Source: the human T2T-CHM13v2.0 reference genome, Homo sapiens. Taken from it: a stretch of 64,000 nucleotides of DNA. Under the pieces are notes generated by a model. That model was not told the origin of the DNA. It did not search any database and saw only the letters and a list, made by a program, of their open reading frames with translations. Numbering within the stretch: position 1 is the stretch's first letter; the number at the start of each line of letters is the position of its first letter. Position numbers and translations under genes: made by a program. The stretch lies in NCBI RefSeq assembly GCF_009914755.1, contig NC_060926.1. The stretch is one strand, 5' to 3'. Shown piece after piece: positions 1 to 13,262 of this stretch.

Positions 1-86
1 TCCCCAAGTTGTGGCAATCAAAAATGTCTTCAGACATTGCCAAATGTCCCATAGGGGGCAAAATTGCCTCTGGTTGAGAACTGCTG
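1..86 (-). mobile_element. MER20 (hAT-Charlie MITE), partial at window edge
   Basis: cagacattgccaaatgtccc...ggttgagaactgctg is the reverse complement of the recalled MER20 5' end. Confidence 0.85.
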
Positions 87-554
87 CCATAGAATAGTAA
101 TAATAATATAAAGGATATAGTAAGAATTTATAAATATTCTTTTTGTTTACAGGAGAATTAATTGAATATCCATTTTTCCCTGAGATAAGTATCAGTTCCA
201 CATATTTTACATCTTTGGTCCATCCCCTATTCTCTGTTAGCCTTTAATCCTGTGTTGAACAGGTAATTAATTGGCACAAATTGAAAGATAGACTGATGAT
301 AAAGGGAAATTGTCCCTGCTGGAGAGAGCAGGAAAAGATAGTTATACAGTTTTTATGGAAGATGAATAGAGAATAAATTAGGTACATCTATGTGTATATA
401 TTTTACTAAGACAATAAAATAACTTAATGATTCCAGAGAGGAAAATTACATAGGTATAAATGAGAGGGAAGCATTAAAAAATTGATGCTCAGGCTTCATG
501 ACTGAGTTCAAGTTGTGACGAATGGATAGAGTCTCAATGTCTTGTATAGAACTC

Positions 555-3500
555 CCGTCTTTTGCTTAGTCTGGCTAAAGATTTGTCAGTTTTCTTTATC
601 TTTTCAAAAAACCAACTTTTATTTTCATTGATCTTTTTTATTGTTTGCCTTGTTTCAATTTCATTTATTTCTGCTCTGATCTTTACTATTTATATTCCTC
701 TACTAATTTTGGGTTGGGTTTGCACTTTTCTTGTTTCAAAAGATGCATCACTATGTTGTTTATTTGAAGTTTTTTTTTTTTTTTTTACTTTTTTGATGTA
801 GGCACTTATAGCTATAAACTTTCCTCTTTGTATTGCTTTCACTGTATCCTACAGGCTTGGGTATGTTGTGTTTCCATTTGTTTCAAGGAATTTTTCAATT
901 TCCTTCTTAATTTCTTCATTGACCCACTGGTCATTCAGGAGCATATTGTTTAATTTCCATGTGTCTGTGTAGTTCCTAAAATTCGTCTTGTTATCGAATT
1001 ATAGCTTTATTCCATTATGGTCAGAAAAAAATGCTTGATATTATTTCAGTTTTTTAAAATATTTTAAGACTTATTTTGTGTCCTAACACATGGTCTATCC
1101 TTGAGAATAATCCATTAATGAGGAGTTGACTGTATTTTTCAGCCATTGGATGAAATATTCTGTAAATATCCATAGGTACATTTAGTCTATAGTGCAAAGT
1201 CCAATGTTTCCATGTTGATTTTCTGCCTGGAAGATCTGTTCAATGCCGAAAGTGGGGTGTTGAAATCTCCATCTGTTATTGTATTGGTGTCTATCTCTCT
1301 CTTTAATTCTAATATTTGTTTTATATATCTGGGTGCTCCAGTTTTGGGTGCATATATATTTACAATTGTCGTATCCTCTTGCTGAATTGACCCCTTTATC
1401 ATTACATAATGACCTTCTTTGTCTTTTTTCAATAGTTATGTCTTGAAATCTTTTTTGTCGGTATAGGTGAAGTGTGTTTCTTGTAGGCAGTAGTTCACTG
1501 GGTCTTGTTTCTAATGTATTCAGTCATACTCTATGTATTTTGATCAGAGAGTTAGTCTATTTGCATTCAATGTTATTATTGATAAGTAAGGACTTACTTT
1601 CGCCATTTTGTTATTTGTTTTCTTCTTGTCTTGTGGTCTTCGCTTCCTTCTTTCCTTCCTTTCTATTTTCATTTTAGTGAAGGTGATTTTCTCTGGTGGT
1701 CTGTTTTCATTTCTTGCTTTTTATATTTTTGTGTGTATCCATTGTATGATTTTTGATTGAGGTTACCATGAGGATTGTACATACTATGTTCTTGCCCATA
1801 TTATAAATTGATGACAGTTTAACACTACATAAACTAACAAGCAAAGATAAAACTAATGAAAACGCTACACTTTTACTTTTTCCCCTTGCTTTTTAACATT
1901 TTGTTGTTCCAATTATATTTTATTGTACTATGTCTTGAAAAGTTTTCATTATTCCATCACTGTTTTGGATTGGGTCATTATTTAATCTTTCTACTCAATA
2001 TATGAATAGTTTACACACCACAATTACAGTGTTATAACATTCTGTGTTTTTCTGTGTATTTACTGTTACCAGTGAGTTTTGTGCCTTCCGGTAATTTTTT
2101 ATTGCTCATTAACATCCTTTTCTTTCAGAGTGAAGAATTCCCTTTAGTATTTCATGTGGGGCAGGTCTGGTGTTGATGAAAGTCCTGAGATTTTGTCTGA
2201 GAAAGTCTTCATTTCTTCTTCATATTTAAAGGATATTTTTGCCAAATCTACTATTCTAGGGTAAATTTTATTTTCCTTCACCCTTTAAATATGCCATGCC
2301 ACTGTCCCCTGACTTGTAAGGTTTCCACTGAAAAGTCTGCTGCCAGACATATTGGAGCTCCATTGTATGTTGTTATTTGTTTCTTTTCTCTTGCTTCTTT
2401 TAGAATTCTTTCTTCATCCTGGGCATTTGAGAGTTTGCTTATTAAATAGATTGAGGTAGACTTATTTGGGTTAAATATGCTTGCTGTTCTATAACCTCGT
2501 ACTTGAATATTGATACTTTCTCTAGGTTTCAGAAGCTCTCTGTTGTTATTCTTCGAATACGCTTTCTACCCAGATCTATCTCTTTCTACATCCTCTTTAG
2601 GGCCTCCTTAGATTTGCCTATTTGAGGCTATTTTCTAGGTCTTGTAGGTCTGCTTTAATTCTTTCTTATTATTTTTTCTTTCGTCCCCTCTGTGTGTTTT
2701 CAAATAGCCTGTCTTGAAGCTCACTAATTTTTTCTTCTGTTTGATCAATTCTGCTTTTAAGAGACTCCAAAGCATTTTTCAGTATGTCACTTGTATTTGT
2801 CAACTCCGGAGTTTCTACTTGATTCTTTTTAACTATTTCAATCTATTTGTTAAGTTTATCAGATAGAATTCTGAATTTCTTCTCTGTGCTATCTTGGATT
2901 TTGTTGTGTTTCCTCAAAACAGCTATTTTGAATTCTCCATCTAAAAGGTTACATGTCTCAGTTTCTGCAGGATTGGTTCCAGGTGCCTTATTTAGTTTGC
3001 ATAGCAAGGCCATGTTTTCCTGGATGCTGTTGATGCTTGTGAATGTTTGTTGGTTTCTGGGCACTGAAGAGTTAGGTACTTATTGTAGTCTTCACAGTTT
3101 AGTTTGTTCGTACGCATCCTTCTTGGGTATGATTTCCAGGTATTCGAAGGGACTTGGGTGTTGTGATCTGTCTTTGGTCACTATAGCCATATCTGCATTA
3201 GGAGGCACCCCAAGGCTCAGACTCATGGAGGTACCACCTTGGTGGTCTTGGGTAAGATTCGGAATTCCCTGGATTACCAGTCAGAGACTCTTGTTCTCTT
3301 CCTTTACTTTTTCCCAATCAGCCAAAGTCTCTGTCTGTGCTGAGCTGCCTGGAGCTTGGGAAGGGGTGACACAAGCACCCCTGTGACTACCACCCTTGGG
3401 ACTGTGCTAGATCAGAGCTGAAGCCAGCACAGCACTGGGGTCTTACCCATGGCCTGTGGTAACCACTGCCTGGCTATGCTTATGTTTGCTCAAGGCCCTC

Positions 3501-5059
3501 GGGCTCTTTAATCAGTAGGTGGTGAAGCCAGCCAGGCTTGTGTCCTTCCCTTTAGGGTGGTAAAATTTCCACAGGCCTGGGGTGTCTAAAGATGCCATCC
3601 ACAGGCAGGGCCTGGAGTCAGAAACCTTAGGAATCTATTTCGTGCTCTATTCTACTGCAGCTGATTGGCATCGCAGGTACAAGACAAAGTCCTTTCCACT
3701 CTTCCCTCTCCTTTCCTCAAGCAGAGAAGTCTTTCCCTGTGGCCACCACGACCCCAGGCCTGCCGTAAGTACTGCCTGGCTACCATTGATATTTATTCAA
3801 GGCCCAAGGGCTCTTCAGTCAGCTTGTGGTAAACGCTGCTAGGCCTGGGACTCACTCTTCAGGGTAGTGGGCTCCTCTCCAGCCTAGGGCATGTCAAGAA
3901 ATGCCATCCAAGAGCCAAGGCCTAGAACTGGGAGCCCAAGAGTTTGCTTGGTGCTCTTCTTTACTATGGCTGAGCTGGTACCTAAGCTGCAAGACAATGT
4001 CCCCTTACTCTTCCCTCTCTTTTTCTCAAGCAGGAAAAGGCCCTCCTCTTAGCCAACACATCTGAGAATGTGTGGGTTCACTCCTGATGCAGACATTTCT
4101 GTGAATTTTATCTAAGGTCCTTGGCAAGTATTGCCCGGGCACCAATGCTGATTATTCAGGGCCCAAGGGCTCTTTATTTAGCAAGTGATGAATCCTGCCA
4201 GAATTTGGTCCTTCTCTTCAAGGCAATGTGTTCCTTTCTGGCCCAGATTGTGTCTAGAAATTTCATCTGGAAACTAGGATCTGGAATGGGGACCTCAGAA
4301 GTCTGCCTGGTGCCCTATCCTACTGTGAGCTGACAAGTTACAAGACAAAGTCCTCTTTACTCTTCCTCTCCTCTCTTTAAGCGGAGGGAAGGACCCTCTC
4401 CCAGATCTGTAAGCTTTACTGCTTGAGGTTGTGGGAGTGGTGGCCTAAGGACCCCCTTGGCCACCCTAGCTGGTATCTCTTAGGTCACGTGCTCCCCAAG
4501 TCCACTGGCTCTGAGCCGAGCATAACACTGGGACTTGCCCAGGAATTTCAGTCTTTGTGGCCTAGACTGCTTTTCAAGTTTATTTAGGACCCCAGAGCAC
4601 TTTGGTCCACGGTGGCAAGGCTTGGTGGAACTCAGGTTCCAACCACTGAAATGGGCAGTTTCTCTCTGGCTAGGGCTGGTCTAAATGCTGTCTGTGTGTG
4701 TGCTGGCTGAGTTCTGCCCTCTGTTGCTTTCCACTGTAACAGGGCAACACTGAGTTTCAGTGCGAAGTCCCGCAATCATGGCACTCTTCCTCCCCCAAGG
4801 GCACAGATTCTGTCTCAGCACCATGCAGCCACTGCTGGGGGATGGCAGAGGGGTAGCATCAGCAATTCAAGAGTGTCTTTCCTACCTTCTTCAGTGCCTC
4901 TTTCCTTGATATGAAATTAAAACCAGGTACTGTGATAACCTGCCTAGTTTTTGCCTCGCAGGAAGGTGCTTTTATGTGTGGACAGCTGTTCAATTTGGCA
5001 TTCCCTCAGGGAGGACTGTCAGTGGAGGCTTCTACTCAGCCATCTTGCTCCGCCTCCGT
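555..5059 (-). mobile_element. Old L1 (L1M1/L1MA-type): intact 5'UTR, decayed ORF1, ORF2 endonuclease region, 3'-truncated
   Basis: Minus-strand start ggaggcggagcaagatggc; ORF1 remnant 2843-3064 (EFKIAVLRK); ORF2 ATG near 1606; EN motifs in 1187-1432 (DKEGHYVMIKGSI, NIYAP, GDFNTPLS); 13-bp direct repeat ttgtatagaactc at 542-554 and 5060-5072. Confidence 0.93.
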
Positions 5060-5529
5060 TTGTATAGAACTCAGATAGGTTATCACTAAAGCTGTTGGGA
5101 CATTAAAAACATAATTGACATATTTTAGCCGTGGATATTCATCCTTCAGTTTTAGGTGTTGGCAAGTGGCTGGAGAATATTGGCGATTAGTCCTTCTTCA
5201 ACTCTCATAATCAAAAATACTTATGAGAGCTCTAGGAAGTTTACTTCCCAGGAATAAATAGTGTGTTTAATTATATCTAATATTTACTTTGTTTTTCATC
5301 ATTTATTTTAATTTAGTTTCAAAACTTTCCCAGAGTCAGTACCTTAGCTTTTTATTTTTTGTAGAGAATAAGATGCTTTGTGTAACAAACAAAAATGAGC
5401 AAGCAAAAATGACTTCAGTGTAGCTTGGCTAAATAGCATGGGGAAAAATGGCTTAAATTTTTGGATTTGAAACACTGTAATTTCCATTTTCTGTTTCAAA
5501 CTGTGCAGCAGAGGAATAAACAGGGTCCC

Positions 5530-5676
5530 AAATTTCTTATGATGTGGCTGCCAATAACCTGGATGATCTTGGGTATGTCATTATCTTTCTGAGTCTCAAC
5601 AACTTGAAATATAAAAGGAAAAGGCTAAACTAAGTCATCTCTGTGGTCCTGAGAGTTCAAACATTCTATGATTCTG
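5530..5676 (+). mobile_element. MIR/MIR3 fragment
   Basis: gatcttgggtatgtcatt...tctgagtctca core and attctatgattctg end. Confidence 0.6.
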
Positions 5677-6423
5677 AAGATGAAATCTCTCTTTTATAGG
5701 TCTACATTTATGTCAAGGAAAATGTCATTGTGAATGTTTCATCATCACAGCAAAAAATGTGAAGTAGACGATTGAGCAGTACATGTGTGTATCATGATGC
5801 AACCAGTCATCCCTTATTTATACAAATCTTGCAAGATACATGACAGTCAAAAGCCTTTCTATATTCAAGTATAAAAAAATCTATACAATTATATTCGACT
5901 GGTTAGCAGCTTGTGCCTGGGGTTTTTATAGAGTTATATTTCTTTTCTGTGTTCAGAGAAGGGTTTTCTAAATGAATATAAGATATGGGACACTTTACTT
6001 GGCAGTATCTTTTAAACTGAGGACTAAAATTATTAAAATATAGCTCATGATTTATTCCCTTTATTTGTTTCATTAAGCCTCGTTTTTATTTTCTCAGAAA
6101 ATAATATATATTTTGTCATCATAGAAATGAGTTTCAAATAGGAACAAGGAATGAGATTACAGATTTAGCCCACATGCAACAAATCTGACGTATGAAAACC
6201 TAAATTATTCATTTTTTCCCAAATATTTATAAATATGAATTTATTCCTCAAGAATCATATTACTATAGACCATTTAACCTGATATGCATTCATTCATTTA
6301 TAATTAAAACAAATTCAATTTATACACAATTTTTAGGATTTCATTTATTGCTTAAAGTCAACTTAATGTATTTAAGCAACTTTTGATTTTTTAAATGAAA
6401 CTGCAAGTAAAATTTCCATTTGA

Positions 6424-6521
6424 TGAGGTGAGAGAATTGCTTCAGCCCAGGAGATCAAAGTTGCAGTGAGCTATGATCGTGCTGCACTCCAGCCATATGT
6501 GACAGAGCAAAACCTTGTCTT
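6424..6521 (+). mobile_element. Alu right-arm fragment (AluJ/FRAM-like), no poly(A)
   Basis: gaattgcttcagcccaggag...gttgcagtgagctatgatcgtgctgcactccagcc. Confidence 0.8.
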
Positions 6522-6623
6522 GAATATATGTGTATATTTAAGACAAAAACCTTAAATATATATATATTTAAGACAAAAACCTATATGTAAGACAAAACCT
6601 TGTCTCAAATATATATATTTGAG
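6515..6623. repeat. Three AT-cored palindromes with aagacaaaa(a)cct repeats
   Basis: Imperfect palindrome 6515-6546; perfect palindromes 6551-6572 and 6604-6623. Confidence 0.85.
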
Positions 6624-7104
6624 GGTTGTAATTGCATTGAACTTGAAAAATAATGCAAAATGAGGGGACAAATAAAAGTTAAAAAAATTAGGTTAATATG
6701 AAACAAAAGAACTACTGTTTCCAACTTTGAAGCTGAATAGACTAAGAAAAAATAAATACAAAATCAAAATAGTGGCCTGATTTTGGAATTTAAGGATTAA
6801 GAAAGGGATCCCCTTGCTCAACGTGCCCCTCTTTTTCTCTCTCCTACCCACCACACATTTATAATTGGGAGCAATAGGTTCATTTACATTTTGTTTCCCA
6901 CATGGGAGAAACTGAAATCTGGAAGTTTTGTGAAGATTCTGCTACACTAGGGATTCAGATAGGATTGCTCAGCTGATAATGCTGAGTTTCCAGAATGGCA
7001 AACTTCATATTGGCCTACATCTCCATAAAAATGTATTTAAGAAATTGAACATTCTTTGTGTTTGGGGTCAGGAGGGTTCTAAAGATGAAAAAGAAGAACT
7101 GATT

Positions 7105-7400
7105 CATTTTACACCTACCTTGAGCTTAACACTGTGTTAGTCACTTTATGTGTAAGGCTGATAATATTTTCTGTATTTCACTGAATCAGACATTAAAACC
7201 CCTTTATGCCTAGTGTTCCATTATAGGAACGCTAAGCATGTGGGAGTTATTTATATCCAACTGCTCAAAGTCATCAGCAAGGTCTGATTGCAAAAATTCA
7301 AAAAATTGCAACCTCAGGCATAAACGGGTTAATGCCTGGCAAGTATAGCAACTGGGCCTCAAACCCAGCCATCAGATTTAATACATCATCTCTTGTCATA
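7105..7400 (-). mobile_element. Degraded MIR interrupted by MER85
   Basis: MIR-like reverse-strand motifs on both sides of the MER85 (cacctacc...cactgtgttag; ctgggcctcaaacccag). Confidence 0.5.
7199..7328 (+). mobile_element. MER85 piggyBac (PGBD3-family) MITE
   Basis: TIRs cccctttatgcc / ggcataaacggg, TTAA at 7329-7332, ttaaaa on the left, internal GTTCCATTATAGGAAC. Confidence 0.92.
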
Positions 7401-8019
7401 TATTAACTCCCTAAAATATAGTCATAGTCTACAGGTTGCTTATCTGCTGGTGTTTTCTTATGATTGCAGAAAAATTAACACTTGTGGGTGTGGTAATTAA
7501 CATTAGGGAAATATAAAATGGTGTTGGAGGAGATCAGGGTAGGAAATGATTGTATTTAATGGAGCAACTGAAAAGTCTTCGTGGGAAAAATGGTATTTGA
7601 GACCAGTTCTCAAGAAATGAGAGAATTTTAACAAGTGGAGATAGGCTCTGGGGGATTCTAGAAGAAAGGAAGGACTCAGCTAAAATTACATAGGCAAGAA
7701 AGTACAAAAGTAATCAAGAAAAAGAAATTAGAGTTTTATGGAGGTTTTAAAGTAAAAAAAAAAAACCAAGGAGTTATTAAATACTAAGAAAGTGTTTAGT
7801 TTAAAAGACATTTAAAGAGGATATCGGATGGAAGTATTATTTTAAAGGACTTTGAGGGAAGTTGTGACTAGTGAAGAAAGATTAATGTTGCCTCACAAAG
7901 AGACCAAAAGTACAGAGCTCAATTAGGAAATAATTATAATAGACCAAATAGATGTGGGTCTTGGCAACTGATTGTATGTGACAGCATAAAAGAGGTGTTA
8001 GAGACACTTTTCTGGTATT

Positions 8020-8150
8020 GTTTTCTGTTCTTTTCTTTTTAACTACAAAATACTACTTCCTTTTGTACTAGTTAGTGGTTTCTTATATTAAAGTTTCCCT
8101 GATCAAATTACTGGTGTGGTTTCTGTCTCTGACAGGATTCTCACAGACAC
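8020..8150 (+). mobile_element. ERVL LTR 3' fragment (LTR41-like)
   Basis: attaaagtttccctgatcaaattactggtgtggtttctgtctc closely matches the end of the LTR at 48632-49303 in this window. Confidence 0.65.
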
Positions 8151-8656
8151 ATTATTGTTCTACATATAATAGATATCACATAGATGTAGCATTGGGTAAA
8201 TTCAGAGTGTGCCTTCTAAATGTTGGTATATTTTCTTTTCCAAGCACTAGCAATTTATCGTCATGCAGCAGAATCTACCTCCAAATTTAGTCCAAGAACC
8301 CGTTACCCAAGTATATGCTGAAATAAAAACAAACACCATAAAATTCCTCTAGTGAAATGAATTTGAAAAATGTATAAAAATATTTTTTCTCTCCTGCAAC
8401 AGGCATATTAAAGAAACAAATATTTGAATAAGAACAAGATAGAATAAAAATAACTTAAGATTTAACTGTGATTTGTTGAAATTGTATGATCTAAGATAGA
8501 TAAATCATCAAATGAAGAAATCAAACACAAAATATGTTTTGTCAATCCTCTATGTCCACACTAGTGAAGAGAAATAAGAATATTGGTTAGTTCTTGTAGA
8601 AATTATTGTTTTTTTCTAGAGACATCGCCCAGGGACATTCTAAGATCTAGACCAGA

Positions 8657-8840
8657 GGTAAGAAATTATGGCTACAGGTTAACCTCCTGTTTTGTAAATA
8701 GAACTCTAAAGACAATTTACATGTTGTTTATACCGCTTTTGCTTCACAGTGCAGAACAGAGTAGTTGTGACAGGGACCACATTATCCCCAAAGTCTCAAA
8801 TGTTTTCTCTCTGTTCCTTCAGGGAAGTTTACCAACCCTG
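8657..8840 (+). mobile_element. MER58A (hAT-Charlie)
   Basis: cctgttttgtaaata...gagtagttgtgacagggacc...gtttaccaaccctg. Confidence 0.75.
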
Positions 8841-8892
8841 GAGAACATCAGCTCTCCCTTTCTTCCCTCTTTGCAATTGAATCTTGAAAGAA

Positions 8893-8990
8893 GCTAAACA
8901 AATGGACATGGATGTGTTTCAATAAAACTTTATTTACAAAAACCAGCTGCGGGCTAGATTTGGCTTAGAGGCTTTAGTTTGCTGACTCTT
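8893..8990 (-). mobile_element. MER58A half copy, opposite orientation
   Basis: tgtgtttcaataaaactttatttacaaaaac...gggctagatttggc...tagtttgctgact. Confidence 0.75.
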
Positions 8991-9091
8991 CTAGAGCAGA
9001 GTATGTAGGTAATAAATATTTACTGAACAAATGAAAAAAATGGATTGTTTTTACATTCTAAAATTGCCTGCACGTTCTCTTCTTTTTTCAG

Positions 9092-9275
9092 TGTGTGTGG
9101 TATCTAGATGAGATGCATGGTGCTGACTGGAGACTGGGCGTGATGAATGACTTAGGAAACCTCTGGAGGGTGCCTGCTTTGTGGCCATAAACCACTGTGC
9201 CCATGTGGAAAACACTGCAGTCCTGGAGCAGAAGATAAACTTCATGCTTGATAAAAAAAAAAAAACAACCAAAAG
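9092..9275 (+). other. Candidate non-coding exon (184 nt)
   Basis: Acceptor cacgttctcttcttttttcAG at 9090-9091 with upstream ttctaaa branch-like site; donor AAG|GTAAGG at 9276; stops in all three frames. Confidence 0.4.
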
Positions 9276-9649
9276 GTAAGGTTTTCTTCTGGTGTGCTGC
9301 AGTCTTTAGTCTTCTTCTGTTTTCCATTCCCACTGGCAGTTCAAAGATGTCCTTAATCCATCATATGCCTCTTGAATGTGTGCTGTGGGTTTACTGTCAT
9401 GATGAAAAACTACTTCATGAACTTAGTGAAGGAACTCAGGATTGAGTCCGAGCTGCTTACATAGCTTCTGGGGAAAATTCACCCAAATGTGGGGGAAGCA
9501 ATCCAAGAGGCACTTCAAGTATTTGTTTTGAAATAAAAATATTGACAGTGGTACATATTTTTTTTCCCAAAGGTGTTTGTTATTCCATAAATCCAGATAG
9601 GTGAATTTCATTAGCGAACTTCAGATCACTGATTTGATGATACTACCTC

Positions 9650-9870
9650 TGTTATGTCTCAAATCTGCCCCGGCACCTCTATCCTACTGCTGCTAGTATA
9701 ATTCAGACCCTCTCCCCTGAACTGTTACCTTAGACTCCTCATGTCTCTAATTTGTTTTACCTTTCTCAGCTAGATTAATCTTCCTGAAGCACAAATCCAA
9801 TCATGTCAATATTTTTCTCAGAAACAAAATAGTATCCCTTTGCCTGGAGAATAAAGTCTAATCTTAGCCA
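9650..9870 (+). mobile_element. L2 fragment
   Basis: cagctagattaatcttcctgaagcacaaatccaatcatgtca...ggagaataaagtc. Confidence 0.7.
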
Positions 9871-10840
9871 GTTGACTCAGCTCCGGCTCCATTTATCTCC
9901 ACCATTCATTACCTCTCCTGCTTATAACCAATTACTGGCATACCTCAGAGACATGATGGGTTCAGTTCCAAACCACCACAATAAGGTGAATATCTCAATA
10001 AAGCAAGTCACACAATTGTTTTGGTTTCTCAGTGCATATAAAAGTTATATGTACATTGTAGCTTATTAGGGTACAAATTGAATTATGTCTAAAAAAATCT
10101 GTATACCTTAATTTAATAAAAACTAGCATATTACTAAAAAATGCTAACAATCATTTGAACCTTCAGCAAAGTATAAACTTTTTGCCAGTCTTGCCTTAAT
10201 GTTGATGGCTGCTGACTAGTCAGAGAAAATGATTGCTGAGGGTTGGAGTGGCTGTGGCAATTTCTTAAAATAAAAAAATGAAATTTGCCGCATCAATTGA
10301 CTCTTCCTTTCACAAAAGATTTCCCTGTAGCACGTGATGCTGTGTGATAGCATTTTACCCACAGAAGAACTTCTTTAAAAATTGGAGTCAGTCTTCTCAA
10401 ACCCTGACGCTTCAACTTAAAGTCACTAGCTGCATTAACCCTTGCTAACAAGAGAGTCAGCCTGTCCTTTGACGTTTGAAGCCAGGCATTGACTTCTCTC
10501 TAGCTATCAAAGTCATAGATGGCATATTCTTCCATTTTAAGGTGGTTTCAGTTGCATGAAAAAACTTGTTTAGTGTAGCCAGCTTCATCAATGATCTTAG
10601 CTAGATCTGGATAACTTGCTGTAGCTTCTACATCTGCATCGGCTTGCCTCATCTTGAATTTTTATGTTATGAACAGGGCTTCTTTTCTTAAACCTCATAA
10701 ACCAACTTCTGTTACTGTCGGACTTTTTTTCTTCAGCTTTCTCCCCTCTTTCAATCTTCAGAGAACTGAAGAAAGTTAGGGTCTTGCTTTCGATTAGGCT
10801 TTGGCTTAAGGGAATGTTGTGGCTGGTTTGAACTTCTATC

Positions 10841-11871
<1,031 letters not shown>

Positions 11872-12582
11872 GACCACTAAAACTTCTTTCATATCAGCAA
11901 GAAGGCTGTTTTACTTTCTTACCATGTATATTCATTGGAATAGCACTTTTAATTTCCTTCAAGAACTTTACCTTTGCATTTACAACTTGGCTGTTTGGCA
12001 CAAAAGGCCAACCTTTGGGCCTACTGTGGCTTTAGAAATGCCTTTCTCACTAAGATTAATTATTTCTAGCTTTTGATTTAAAGTGAGAGACCTGCAACTT
12101 TTCTTTTCACTTGAGAACTTAGAGACCATTGTAGAGTTATTAATTGGCTTAATTTAAATATTTTTATGACTCAGGGAACAGGGAGGTCCAAAAGAGAAGG
12201 AGAGATGGGGGAGCAGCCTGTTGGTGGAGCAGTCAGAACACACACAACATTTATTACATTTACCATGTTGCTTGGGCATGGTTTGTATCACCCCAAACCA
12301 ATTATTATAGTAACTTCAAAAATCATTGATCACAGAGCACCATAAAGGACATAAAACAATGAAAAAGTTTAAAATTTTGCAAGAATTAGCAAAATGTGAT
12401 GCAGAGACACAAAGTGAACATATGCTGTTGTAAAAATGGTGCCGATAGACTTTCTTGATGCAAGGTTGGCACAAACCCTTAATTTGTTAAAAAAAAAAAA
12501 AAAAAGAAAACAAGAAACTATTATTGAAAGTGCAGTAAAGTGAAGCACAATAAAAGGAGATGCTCCTGTACTTCCTTTCATG

Positions 12583-12774
12583 GAAGGTGGCCAGATAAAA
12601 TACAGGAAATCCACTTAATTTGAATTTTATGTAATAAATGGGTAACTTTTTAGGATAAATATATCTCAAATATTGTGTGAGAAATATTCAGAGGAAAAAA
12701 GTATTCATTATTTATCTGAAATTTAAACTCAACTGGGTGTCCTGTATATTTATTTGCTAAATCTGACAACCCTA
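12583..12774 (-). mobile_element. MER53 (palindromic hAT MITE)
   Basis: gccagataaaatacagga...tttgctaaatctgacaacccta; perfect 8-bp TSD ctttcatg at 12575-12582 and 12775-12782. Confidence 0.88.
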
Positions 12775-12820
12775 CTTTCATGTCTACCATGTTTACCGGA
12801 TTAAAATAATCTTTGTTCTT

Positions 12821-13119
<299 letters not shown>

Positions 13120-13262
13120 TAAATTCTTTGTTCTCTTGTTCTCTATATGTACCTCATGATTTTCAGCTGTTCTGATTTGGCCAGAATTACCCCCTAACTA
13201 CCTAGATGCTATAAATAAAAGTATAGGGCATAGTGCATCAACACCCCTTTTGCAAAGTTGAC

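Noticed and set aside
2847-3386. Longest ORF (179 aa)
   Set aside because: Antisense to L1 ORF1/5'UTR, non-ATG start, no recognisable domain.
6511-6623. CRISPR-like repeat-spacer pattern
   Set aside because: Primate DNA; repeats are short and irregular, spacers are self-derived AT palindromes, no cas genes.
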